From assembly GCA_002385705.1 (NCBI GenBank), contig DGDZ01000054.1, forward strand, positions 386-27,154: DNA of 26,769 nt, in the 5' to 3' direction. Under the pieces are notes generated by a model. The model searched no databases, was not told where the DNA came from, and saw only the letters and a list, made by a program, of their open reading frames with translations. Of the stretch, positions 6,868 through 16,300 are shown piece by piece (position 1 is the first letter of the stretch; each line of letters begins with the position of its first letter). This DNA comes from Verrucomicrobia subdivision 3 bacterium UBA3939 (GTDB taxonomy: Bacteria; Verrucomicrobiota; Verrucomicrobiia; Limisphaerales; UBA3939). The translations under genes and the position numbers were made by a program.

Positions 6868-9328
6868 CCGCCTGGAGGCTGGTCTTCAACGCTTCCACCA
6901 GTTTGTCGTGCGCCGCGTTCACCTCCGCATCGGTCAAGGTGCGTTCGGCACTGCGATACGTGAACGCATAGGCCATGCTCTTCTGGCCGGCAGGAATGTT
7001 CTTTCCGCGGAACACGTCGAACAGTTCCACCGATTCGAGATTGGCCGGTTTGGCTTTGCGCACGGTCTGCAGCACGGCTTCGTGCGTGACCGCTTCGGGC
7101 ACGACCATTGCCACGTCGCGCCGGCTCGATGGAAACGCAGGCAGCGGCTTGAAGGACTTCGCCGGGTTCCGCCGCGCGATCAACTGGTCGAAGCTCAGTT
7201 CCGCAAGAAAGACCGGGTCGCGCAGGTCATACTGACGGGCGAGGGCGGGATGCAGTTGGCCCATTTCGCCCAGGGGCAGTTTGCCGATCTGCACGTCGGC
7301 CGATTCGACGAACAGTCCTGCGGCTTCCGGGCGTCGGGTGTAGACCAGACCGCGCACGCCGAAGTGTTCAAAGAACTCCTCAAGGAATCCCTTGAGATCG
7401 TGCAGGTCGAACTTCGCGCCGCGCCCACTGCCGCTCCAGAAGAGCGGATCGCGCTGTCCGGTCAGGGCGATCGCGACGCGGCGTTCCTCCCGGATCTGTT
7501 CGCCCTGCCTGGAGAACACGCGTCCGATCTCGAACAGGCCGACGTCGTAGTTCTTCCGGTTCACGTTGTGCCGCAGTGCGTGGATCAGGCCCACCAATAG
7601 CGTGGGGCGCAACACGTCCATGTCTGCGCTGAGCGGATTGGCCAGGTCCACCAGGTGAACGCCGGATCTCGAGTTTTGAACCTCGGATCTGGAGATCAGC
7701 GTCTGGCCCTGGGCTTCGTTCAGGCCGAGGCCGGTCAACAGGCGCCGCGCTTCGGCAATTTGATCGTGCACGGCATCGAACTCGTTCGAACCAATGGCGC
7801 CGCGCGGCGGCGTGGCGGGGATCTTGTCAACGCCATGGAGCCGCGCGACCTCCTCGATGAGATCGACCTCGCGTTTCAGATCCACGCGGAAGCTCGGGAT
7901 GCGGAAGGTGGCGGGTTCGACCGGTGCGTCCGCGCCAACGGGTTTGGGCTTGCGATGGGTAATCTTCAATCCGAGCTGGCCGAGGTAATACTCGACTTCC
8001 TCGGGTTTGAGCTCGATCCCGAGCAGTTCGTTGACCTTGTGATGCCGCAAGGTGATCTCGCGCGGAGCGGCGGGTTTGGGATACGCATCGACGACACCGG
8101 CGGCGAGCGTTCCGCCGGCGGTCTCGAGAATCAGTTGCGCGGCGCGTTGGCTGGCCCAGTCGCAGATGCCCACGTCGGCCCCGCGCTCGAAGCGGTAGCT
8201 GGATTCGCTGCGCAGGCCGAGCGCCTTGCTGGTGCGGCGGATATTGCCGGGATGGAAGTTGGCGCTTTCGATCAACACATCGACCGTGCGTTCGTTGATC
8301 TCGGTGTTCTGGCCGCCCATGATTCCGGCGAGTGCGATGCCTTTCTGTTCGTCGGCGATCAGCAGCATATCCGCGTTGAGCACGCGCTGCTGGCCGTCGA
8401 GCGTTGTGAACTTCTCCCGGTCGGTCGCGCGGCGCACCACAATGGCGGGCTTCCCGTCCGCGCCCGGGGCGATAAGGTGATAGTCGAACGCGTGCAACGG
8501 CTGGCCGACTTCCATCATGACGTAGTTCGTCACGTCCACCACGTTGTTGATGCTGCGGATGCCGACCTTCTCGAGGGTGGTGCGGAGCCAGTCGGGGCTG
8601 GGGCCGATCTTCACGCCCTGAACCACGCGCGCCGTGTACCGCGGACACAATTCAGGGTCGGCAATACGCACGGTGACAAGACTCGACACCGGGGTCGCGC
8701 TTTCCTGGATTTTGATCTCGGGCAGGCGGAGAGGATTGCCCGTGAGGGCGGCGATTTCGCGAGCGATGCCGATGACGCTGTTCCAATCGGGCCGGTTCGG
8801 CGTGGTTTCCAGGTCGAACATCTCGTCGCTGCCGCCGCGCCCGAGGTACTCCGAGAACGGCTGGCCGACTTTGGCGTCCTCGCGCAGGATCAGCAGGCCT
8901 TCCTCGCGCTTGAGGCCGATGCTCTCCGGATCGATGCCGAGTTCATCCGCCGAGCACATCATTCCGTGCGATTCGACGCCGCGGATTTTGCCGACCTTGA
9001 TGGTAAATGGTTCCTTTTCGCCCGGTTTTAACGGCAGCGAGGCGCCCGGGAGGATCAGCGGAACCTTGTCGCCGGGCTTGAAATTGTTGGCGCCGCACAC
9101 GATCTGCCGCTCGCCCTGGCCGTCGTTGACGCGGCAGACGGAGAGTTTGTCGGCGTTCGGATGTTTGTCGCGGGTGAGGACCTGGGCGACGACGATGCCT
9201 TCGAACTCGCCGCCGATTCTGTGAATGCCTTCGACTTCCAAGCCGAGCATGGTGAGTCGATCGGCCAGTTCATCCGCCGACCAATCGAAATCCACGTACT
9301 GCCTGAGCCAATTCAGAGTGACTTTCAT
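6851..9328 (-). CDS. pheT: Phenylalanine--tRNA ligase beta subunit. The ORF is open to 9367 with a non-ATG first codon. The conserved N-terminus MKVTLNWLRQYVDFD starts 13 codons in.
   Basis: The canonical PheT N-terminus (MK..LNWLR.YV) is present. The tRNA-binding, B3/B4, B5 and C-terminal FDX-ACB-like regions are recognisable (e.g. HAFDY, MGGQNTEI). Length is 825 aa. Confidence 0.95.
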   Translation of the reverse strand: MKVTLNWLRQYVDFDWSADELADRLTMLGLEVEGIHRIGGEFEGIVVAQVLTRDKHPNADKLSVCRVNDGQGERQIVCGANNFKPGDKVPLILPGASLPLKPGEKEPFTIKVGKIRGVESHGMMCSADELGIDPESIGLKREEGLLILREDAKVGQPFSEYLGRGGSDEMFDLETTPNRPDWNSVIGIAREIAALTGNPLRLPEIKIQESATPVSSLVTVRIADPELCPRYTARVVQGVKIGPSPDWLRTTLEKVGIRSINNVVDVTNYVMMEVGQPLHAFDYHLIAPGADGKPAIVVRRATDREKFTTLDGQQRVLNADMLLIADEQKGIALAGIMGGQNTEINERTVDVLIESANFHPGNIRRTSKALGLRSESSYRFERGADVGICDWASQRAAQLILETAGGTLAAGVVDAYPKPAAPREITLRHHKVNELLGIELKPEEVEYYLGQLGLKITHRKPKPVGADAPVEPATFRIPSFRVDLKREVDLIEEVARLHGVDKIPATPPRGAIGSNEFDAVHDQIAEARRLLTGLGLNEAQGQTLISRSEVQNSRSGVHLVDLANPLSADMDVLRPTLLVGLIHALRHNVNRKNYDVGLFEIGRVFSRQGEQIREERRVAIALTGQRDPLFWSGSGRGAKFDLHDLKGFLEEFFEHFGVRGLVYTRRPEAAGLFVESADVQIGKLPLGEMGQLHPALARQYDLRDPVFLAELSFDQLIARRNPAKSFKPLPAFPSSRRDVAMVVPEAVTHEAVLQTVRKAKPANLESVELFDVFRGKNIPAGQKSMAYAFTYRSAERTLTDAEVNAAHDKLVEALKTSLQAVIREQ

Positions 9329-9386
9329 TGGGGCGGCAACGGTAATTGGCGGGGAGGAGGCAGTCAACAGAGGGGGTTAAGGAAAA

Positions 9387-9436
9387 CACCCAACATCCAA
9401 ACACCCAACCTCCAACACCGAACATTCAACATCCAA
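9387..9436. repeat. Tandem heptanucleotide array, 7 units of CAYCCAA on the plus strand (TTGGRTG on the pheT-sense strand): cacccaa catccaa acacccaa cctccaa caccgaa cattcaa catccaa.
   Basis: Read directly. It is located 59-108 nt upstream of the pheT start, inside the pheT / SPFH divergent region. Confidence 0.6.
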
Positions 9437-9579
9437 TGAGGACGGCTCCAACAAGGCAAAGCTGAAGAGCTGAAATCAGAGTCAAGGAACCGTTTGCGGC
9501 TCGGTGGGCGTGATGTTCATTCCTGCTTGCTCCACGTGACAGCCGATCGGGCAACACAACGTTTTTCTGAAGAAATCGC

Positions 9580-9606
9580 TTGACGTTAATATCGAAGTGA
9601 TATCAC
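9580..9606 (+). promoter_or_regulatory. Candidate sigma70-type promoter for the SPFH operon: TTGACG followed by an extended -10 (tgaTATCAC).
   Basis: ttgacg at 9580-9585; gTGaTATCAC at 9597-9606. The AAAGGA Shine-Dalgarno is 9 nt before ATG 9634. Confidence 0.3.
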
Positions 9607-9633
9607 ATCGATACCAAGAAAGGACCTGTGAAT

Positions 9634-10644
9634 ATGAACTCGAATCCTGTGAAGTCGGTCAGTCGCGAGCGAACGGTCAACGCGGTCAATGGCTGGGCCA
9701 TGTTGTTCTTCAATGTCCTGCTCCTGCTGGGCGGAATAGCCGGGATCGTCGCAACGGTGACGAAGGTCGCGCGCACCAATGATCCGGCGTATCTCTGGTG
9801 GCTTGTTCCGTTCATATTCCTCGAGTTGCTTGCTTTCATCCTGATGTTCGGTCACTTCACGCTGCAGCCGAACGAGGCGCGGGTGTTGATCCTCTTCGGC
9901 GCCTACAAGGGAACCGTGCGCGAGAGCGGGTTCTGGTGGGCGAACCCGTTCTATTCCCGGGTCCGGACGAAAGTGCCGGTGCGTCCGACGACGGTGAACG
10001 TGCAGAGGGGGACTCACGGGCGCGATGTGGCGAGCGTCGTGCACCTGACGCGGGGAACGAAGATTTCGTTGCGCGCGCAGAATTTCAACAGCGACAAGCT
10101 GAAGGTGAACGACAAACGCGGGAACCCGATCGAGATCGCCGCGGTCGTGGTGTGGCGGGTGAAGGACACCGCGAGGGCGGCGTTCGACGTGGACGATTAC
10201 GAGAGTTACGTGCACATCCAGAGCGAGGCGGCGATCCGTCATATCGCGAGCCTTTACGCGTATGACCGCGGGGACGAGCATGAGCCGACGTTGCGCGAGA
10301 GCACGGACGAGGTGTCGGCGGGTTTGATGAAGGAGCTGCAGGAGCGTCTGGAGAAGGCGGGCGTGGTGGTCGAGGAAGCGCGTCTGACGCACCTGGCGTA
10401 TGCGCCGGAGATTGCGCAGGCGATGTTGCGCCGGCAGCAGGCGGAGGCGGTGATTGCGGCGCGGCAGAAGATCGTGCACGGTGCGGTGAGCATGGTGGAT
10501 ATGGCATTGCGCGAATTGGCGGACAAGGCTGTGGTGAAGCTGGACGACGAGCGGAAGGCGGCGATGGTGAGCAACCTTCTGGTGGTGTTGTGCAGCGAAT
10601 CGGAGACGACGCCGGTGATCAATACGGGCACGCTGTATGCATAG
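9634..10644 (+). CDS. SPFH / band-7 (stomatin-prohibitin-like) membrane protein. The ORF track begins at GTG 9628, but the ATG at 9634 has better Shine-Dalgarno spacing.
   Basis: N-terminal TM ([18 protein letters not shown]... [18 protein letters not shown]), then SPFH-like blocks ([36 protein letters not shown]), then an A/E/R-rich helical C-terminus. Confidence 0.8.
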   Translation: MNSNPVKSVSRERTVNAVNGWAMLFFNVLLLLGGIAGIVATVTKVARTNDPAYLWWLVPFIFLELLAFILMFGHFTLQPNEARVLILFGAYKGTVRESGFWWANPFYSRVRTKVPVRPTTVNVQRGTHGRDVASVVHLTRGTKISLRAQNFNSDKLKVNDKRGNPIEIAAVVVWRVKDTARAAFDVDDYESYVHIQSEAAIRHIASLYAYDRGDEHEPTLRESTDEVSAGLMKELQERLEKAGVVVEEARLTHLAYAPEIAQAMLRRQQAEAVIAARQKIVHGAVSMVDMALRELADKAVVKLDDERKAAMVSNLLVVLCSESETTPVINTGTLYA

Positions 10645-10649
10645 GACTC

Positions 10650-10814
10650 ATGCCTGAAGAGCGAAAGTCATTCCTGTTGCGGATCCCGCCCGATTTGTGG
10701 AAGGAGCTCGAGAAGTGGGCGGCGGACGAGCTGCGCAGTGTGAACGGGCAGATCGAATACATCCTGCGCCAGGCGGTGGAGAAACGCCGCCGGGCGCAGG
10801 AAAAGGAGGAATGA
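10650..10814 (+). CDS. Small Arc/MetJ-type ribbon-helix-helix DNA-binding protein (54 aa). It is 6 nt downstream of the SPFH gene.
   Basis: [47 protein letters not shown] matches the Arc-like beta-strand (SFLLRIP) plus two-helix pattern of PF03869-like proteins. The ORF track's upstream start at 10590 overlaps the SPFH gene and is not needed. Confidence 0.6.
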   Translation: MPEERKSFLLRIPPDLWKELEKWAADELRSVNGQIEYILRQAVEKRRRAQEKEE

Positions 10815-10836
10815 CGAAGGCAAGCCTTCGACGCCC

Positions 10837-10857
10837 CACACCGAACCTCCAACCTCC
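10837..10857. repeat. Short second copy of the heptad family: caccgaa cctccaa cctcc.
   Basis: It uses the same heptad units as 9387..9436 in the same orientation, 23 nt after the RHH gene stop. Confidence 0.45.
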
Positions 10858-11024
10858 GGGGCTCATTCTCGCCATTTTTCCCGTAGGGACTGCCGGGAAC
10901 AGCCCACCGCTCCGGCTAACGCGGCAGGCTGTCGGTTGTCCTTTCGGGAAGAAGAAACGGGCAGGCGCGGGTTGAATCCGGGACGCCACGCGGGTGCGGT
11001 TTCGAAAATCGCGCGGAATTTATA

Positions 11025-11052
11025 TTGGCACCCGCTTATTGTTCATGATAAC
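11025..11052 (+). promoter_or_regulatory. Weak candidate promoter for the flotillin-like gene (TTGGCA -N17- tGATAAC).
   Basis: It sits in the 330-bp gap before 11145. A strong Shine-Dalgarno (GAGGA) is 6 nt before ATG 11145. Confidence 0.2.
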
Positions 11053-11144
11053 CACGGAGCCATTACAGACGACCGTCTGTATGGCCAAATGAACCCGCTT
11101 TGCAAAAATCATTCGGGAGGAATCCCCTAACAACTTGAGGACCT

Positions 11145-13322
11145 ATGTTCTGGCTTAAACTTCTCATCGCATTTGTTGTCGTGGTCGCGATGTTTCTGGG
11201 AGTGGCATCGCTCTTCTGCATTCGCAAGATTCAGCCCGGCCGCGCCGGTGTGAAAACCGGCTGGGGCGGGATCAAGGTGTCCTTCGACTGGATGATCCGG
11301 ATCCCGCTGGTCCAGACCTATCACATCGTCGATATCTCGGTGAAGAAGCTCGAGATCTCGCGCAAAGGCAAGGACGGGCTGGTGTGCAAGGACAACATTC
11401 GCGCGGATATCTCGGTGGCATTCTACATCCGCGTGGAAGCGACGGAGGAAAGCGTGCGGAAGGTGGCGCAGATGCTGACGCCGGAGCGCGTGTCGGATAT
11501 GGTGCAGTTGCGGGAGCTGTTCGAGGCGAAGTTTTCCGAGGCGCTCAAGACGGCGGGCAAGCAGATGGAATTTCACGAGCTGTTCACGGAGCGGATCAAG
11601 TTCCGCGATCAGATCCAGGCGACGATCGGCAAGGACCTGGACGGGTTCCTGTTGCAGGACGTGGCGATCGACTACCTCGAGCAGACGCCGCTGGATCAGC
11701 ATGATCCGGACAACGTGCTCGACGCGGAGGGCATCAAGAAGATCACGCAGATCACGCAGCGCGAGCGGGTGGTTGCGAACGAGCACGCCCAGCGCGCCAG
11801 CGTGCAGATCGAGAAGGAGAACGCGGACGCGGACATTGCGCGGCGCGAGCAGAAGCGGCGCAACGAAGAGGACAATGCGCGGCAGACGCGTGCGATCACC
11901 GAGGTGCGGGCCAACGAGGAGGCCGAAGCGCGCAAAGTGATCGAAGCCCGCCGGCTCGAGGTTGAGGCCAAGCGGCTGGAAGTGGACGAGGCGATCCGGT
12001 TGCGGACGGAGGACATGAACCGCGCCGTGCAGGAGCGCGAATACACGGTGAAGAAGGAGCGCCAGCGGCTCGAACAGGAAGCGCTGCAGGAGGGCGAGGA
12101 AGCGCGCGTCCGGCGCGAGCGCACGGTCGCCCTGGCCGAGCTGGACAAGGACGCGAAGGTCGCGGAAGCCGGTGTCGAGGTCGAGCGCAAGCGCGCGATC
12201 GTCGTCGCCGAGCAGAAGGCCGTCGTCCAGCAGGAGGAGGAGAAGCTGAATATCGAAGCGCGCATGACCGCCGAGCGCGTGCGCGAAGTGACGCTCATCG
12301 AGGCGGACATGAACGCCAAGAAGGAGCAGGTGGAGAAGGTGGTGGCGGCCGAGGCGCAGAAGGAGGCCGAGCAGCACATGGCGGAAGCCGAGAAGATCAA
12401 GGTGATCACCGCGGCGGAGGCGGCGCGCGAAGCGGCGTTGCGCGAAGCCGAGCGCATCCAGACCATCGCGGAGGCCGAAGCGAAGGCGTCCGAGCGCAAG
12501 CGTCATGCGATGGAGCAGGAAGCCGAGGGTGTCGCGGCGCAGGAAGCCGCCAAAGGCATTGCCGAGGCGAAGGTCATCACGGCCAAGGCCGGCGCGAAGA
12601 AGGTCGATGCGGCGGCGATCCGCGAGTTGGGCCTGGCCGAGGCGGATGTGATCAAGGCCAAGGGCGACGTGACGGCGGAAGTGACGCAGATGCAGGCCGA
12701 GGCGGAAGCGGAAGGCACGAAGGACAAGGAGCTGGCGACTGCGGCCGGCATCCAGGCCAGGGGCCTTGCCGAAGCGAAAGCCATCGAAGAGAAGGCGAAA
12801 GCGATGAAGCTGCTGCACGAGGCGGGGCAGGCGCACGAGGAATTCCGCCTGCGCCTGGCGAAGGAGCGCGACGTCGAGCTCGCCGCCATCAACGTGGAAC
12901 GTTACATCGCGGAAGCGCACTCGAACATCGTGGGCGAAGCGCTCAAGAACGCGAAGATCGACATCGTGGGAGGCGAGAACGACTTCTTCGAGAAGGTGGT
13001 GCGGGCCGTGGGCAGGGGCAAGGCCGTGGACCGGCTGGTCCAGAGCAGCGCCACGCTGACCGACCTCAAGACCAGTCTGTTCAACGGCGACGCGGAACAC
13101 TTCCGGGCGAAGCTGCGGCAGTGGGTGAAGGACTTCGGGGTCACGAGCGAGGACCTGAAGAACCTCACTGTGGCGGCGTTGCTGGCGAAACTGATCGCAT
13201 CGACGAAGGACAGCGGGCTGCAGTCGGTTCTCCGGTCGGCTCAGGCGATGGCAAAAGAGAGCGGGCTGGGCGACGTGCTGGCTTCGTCCGTGATTTCGGA
13301 ACCCGAGCTTGCCAAGCTGTAG
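11145..13322 (+). CDS. Flotillin-like protein (SPFH domain plus a long E/A/K/R-rich coiled coil, YqiK/FloT-like), 725 aa.
   Basis: N-terminal TM LKLLIAFVVVVAMFLGVASLF, then an SPFH core (TYHIVDISVKKLEI...ADISVAFYIRV), then ~350 aa of EA-repeat coiled coil and a globular C-terminal tail. This is the typical flotillin architecture. Confidence 0.85.
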   Translation: MFWLKLLIAFVVVVAMFLGVASLFCIRKIQPGRAGVKTGWGGIKVSFDWMIRIPLVQTYHIVDISVKKLEISRKGKDGLVCKDNIRADISVAFYIRVEATEESVRKVAQMLTPERVSDMVQLRELFEAKFSEALKTAGKQMEFHELFTERIKFRDQIQATIGKDLDGFLLQDVAIDYLEQTPLDQHDPDNVLDAEGIKKITQITQRERVVANEHAQRASVQIEKENADADIARREQKRRNEEDNARQTRAITEVRANEEAEARKVIEARRLEVEAKRLEVDEAIRLRTEDMNRAVQEREYTVKKERQRLEQEALQEGEEARVRRERTVALAELDKDAKVAEAGVEVERKRAIVVAEQKAVVQQEEEKLNIEARMTAERVREVTLIEADMNAKKEQVEKVVAAEAQKEAEQHMAEAEKIKVITAAEAAREAALREAERIQTIAEAEAKASERKRHAMEQEAEGVAAQEAAKGIAEAKVITAKAGAKKVDAAAIRELGLAEADVIKAKGDVTAEVTQMQAEAEAEGTKDKELATAAGIQARGLAEAKAIEEKAKAMKLLHEAGQAHEEFRLRLAKERDVELAAINVERYIAEAHSNIVGEALKNAKIDIVGGENDFFEKVVRAVGRGKAVDRLVQSSATLTDLKTSLFNGDAEHFRAKLRQWVKDFGVTSEDLKNLTVAALLAKLIASTKDSGLQSVLRSAQAMAKESGLGDVLASSVISEPELAKL

Positions 13323-13337
13323 AGGCGCCGCGGCGCT

Positions 13338-13358
13338 CCGGAGCGGACGCGTGTCCGC
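13338..13358. repeat. REP-like element (ccggagcg + hairpin gcggac-gcgt-gtccgc) in the 54-bp flotillin / giant-gene spacer. It is preceded by the 12-nt perfect palindrome gcgccgcggcgc.
   Basis: Read directly. Confidence 0.45.
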
Positions 13359-13376
13359 CCCGAACTGGTTTCGATC

Positions 13377-16300
13377 ATGGCCAGGAAAAAGTCAGATCCA
13401 CCCGCGCCGGTAGAGGCCACCGCTGCCGGCGCGCCGTCGGAGGCTTCACCCGCGTCCGATTCGGCGGCGCAGGCGCTGGGCAGCGCCACGTACGAGATCA
13501 TCCGGCAGCGCCTGCACGGGCTGGGCTCGACGTTGCGCGAGCGGATGTCGCAGTTGAACCGCCGGCGGCAGGAGGTGTTCGGCTCGGTCGAGTTCAAGCT
13601 GTTGCAGGCCGATCGCGTGGTGACGGCGCACAACTGCATTCCGCGCGACATGGTGCAGTTGGGCGATCAGCAGTTCCTGTTCGGGTTCAACGTGCAGTTC
13701 GGGTTGAAGAAAGAGATCGGCCTTGCGGACGTGTTTGCGATCTACACGCGCGACGAGGCGTCCGGGACATTCAAGGAGGCGGGGCTTGAACCGTTGCAGG
13801 ATCCGAACTTCGTCACGGATTTCAAACGGCTCTACAACGTTTACGAGAAGGCGTTCTTCGCCAAGTTCTCCGTCATCGAGGGCAAGCTCTACATGGTGTT
13901 CCGCGTGGGCACGAGCGTGACGGACATCGCCGTGTTCAAGTGGGCGTTCGATGACGGCCGGCTGCACTATGTGGACGGGCGGGCGGAGACCGAGTACCGC
14001 CGTGTCGGCTTTCCGCCGCAATACGAGTTCGCGTGGCGCACGCCGGACCGCGAGTCGTTCCGCTACGGCGACCACCCGCATGTTTCGATCGAGGATCGCG
14101 TTTTCGTCGAATGCGTCGGTGGCGACATCACGATCAAGGTCGAGGACAACACGAAGACGGGGGAGGGCATTTATTCGGAGCCGGTGGAGGACAAGTATCA
14201 GAAGGTGGACGACGCGGAGATCGCGTATGCGATCATCGGGCACGTGATTCTGTTGAAGATGCGGCCGTACAAGGAGAACCGGCCGCGGTACTTCATTTAC
14301 AATGAGAAGACCCAGACGGCGCACCGGGTGGATTCCATCGGGCAATCGTGCGCGCTGTTGCCGGAGGACCACGGGTTGATCTTCCCGGACGGGTATTACC
14401 TGGGGACGGGGGAATTGAAGCTGTTCGAGAGCAAGGAACAGGGAATGGCGATCGAGCGGGTCGTGCATTCTCCGAACGGCGAGGACGCGCTGTATGTCTT
14501 CTACAACCGCGAGAGCGGCGAGTACGTGCTGATGCCGTACCGATTGATTCCGCAGAAGGTGGAGGAACGCATCACCTGCCATGGCTTCTCGCTGTTCCCG
14601 TCCGGACACCTGCTGCTGTTCCGGGCGGAGGCGGAGCCGCAGAAGCACCACATGATTCAGTTGCGGCAGACGCCGTTCTATCAGCCCGGTTATGAACCGG
14701 CGGGACGAAAGGACGCGTTCCTGTATCAGGTCGGCAACAAGGACGTGGTGCGCTGCCTCGCGGAGTGCAACGAGGTGCTGACGCTGGTTGAAAAGGAGGA
14801 CCCGTACCCGGAGCTGTACGCGGATCTGGTGATGCGTTGCACGGCCATGCTGGACGCGTATCCGTGGCTGTCGGGCGAGGACGGGTTCAAGTTGGACGAA
14901 GCGCTGCGCGAGATCCGGAACGCGGCGGACAGGGCGGTGGACGAGTTCGACAAGGTGCGCCGCCTCAAGCGCGAGGCGGTGCAGCGCGTCAGCGACGTGC
15001 GCAAGCGGTGCGACGAACGGTTCCAGACCATCCGCCGCGCGAGCCTGAAGGCGCTGGGCGATTACGTCGTGAACCTGGCGGCGCTGCGCCAGTTGCGCGG
15101 GGAATTGATCACGCTCAAAGAGGTGCGCTACGTGGACCTCGCCCAGGTGGAGCTGATCGAGAAGGACGTGATCGCCCGGACGGCCGAGCTGTCGGACGCA
15201 ACGGTGAAGTTCCTGCTCAAACCGGAATCGCTGGACCCGTATCGGAAGCAGGCGGCCGGGTTTCTCGCGCAGGCCGGCAAAATCGCGAAGGTCGCCGAGG
15301 GCCGCGAACTCGAGAAGGCGGCTTCGGCCTCGGGCGCCGAGCTCGAGATGCTCATCGAGATCGTCAACAGCCTGAAGATCGAGGACGCGACGGAGACGAC
15401 GCGGATCATCGACGGGATCACGGCGGTGTATTCGACGTTGAACCAGGTGAAGGCGGCGTTGAAGCAGCGGATGCAGGAGCTGGCGGCGCACGAAGGGGCG
15501 GCGCAGTTCGCGGCGCAGATGAAGCTGCTGGGCCAGGCGGCGGCGAGTTATCTCGACCTGTGCGATACGCCGGCGCGTTGCGACGAGTATTTGAACCGGC
15601 TCACGGTGCAGATCGAGGAGCTCGAGGGGGTCTTTGCCGATTTCGAGGAATACACGGTGCAGTTGTCGGAGCGCCGGACCGAGCTGTACGAGGCGTTCGA
15701 GCAGCGGAAACTGGCATTGATCGAGCAGCGCAACCGGCGGGCGGGCGCGCTGATGACCGCGGCGGAGCGGATCCTGAAGGTGATCCAGAACCGTTTGAAC
15801 GGGTTCAAGACGGCCGAGGAGATCAACACCTACATGGCTTCGGACCTGATGGTCGCGAAGGTGCGGGAGATCATCGACCAGTTGATAGCGCTGGAGGACT
15901 CGGTCAAGGCGGACGATCTCGAGGGCCGGCTCAAGAGCGCGCAGCAGGAGGCGGTGCGCCAGCTGAAGGATCGCCAGGAACTGTTCGTGGACGGCGCGCC
16001 GGTGATCCAGCTGGGCAAACACAGGTTCAACGTCAACACGCAGCCGCTGGACCTCACCGTGGTGCACCGGGACGGGGTTCCCTGCGTTCACCTGACCAGC
16101 ACGAAGTTCTTCGAAGAGATCACCGATCCGGAGTACCTGTCCACGCGCGACGTCTGGGACCAGGAGGTGGTGTCCGAGAACGCGGACGTGTACCGCTCGG
16201 AATACCTTGCCTATCAGCTTTTGCGATCGCTGGAACCGGGCAATGGCGGCGCCGACACGAAGGCCAATGGCGCGGTGTCCGGCGCAAAGGCGACGCCGGC

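Noticed and set aside
6527-9031. 357-aa and 458-aa plus-strand ORFs inside pheT
   Set aside because: Antisense to a highly conserved pheT. The translations are R/G/A-rich with no motifs.
9586-10479. 297-aa minus-strand ORF over the SPFH gene
   Set aside because: An R/H/L-rich antisense artefact. The plus strand encodes a clear band-7 protein with a Shine-Dalgarno sequence.
10590-10649. Upstream start (10590) for the RHH gene
   Set aside because: It would overlap the SPFH gene by 55 nt with a non-RHH-like N-terminus. The ATG at 10650 gives a canonical Arc-like beta-strand start.
11025-11040. Sigma-54 promoter (TGGCAC-N5-TTGC) upstream of the flotillin gene
   Set aside because: TGGCAC is present, but the -12 element is tatt rather than TTGC at the required spacing.
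11127-13100. 657-aa minus-strand ORF antisense to the flotillin gene
   Set aside because: L/R/D-rich antisense of an E/A-rich coiled-coil gene. The plus strand has an SPFH domain and a Shine-Dalgarno.
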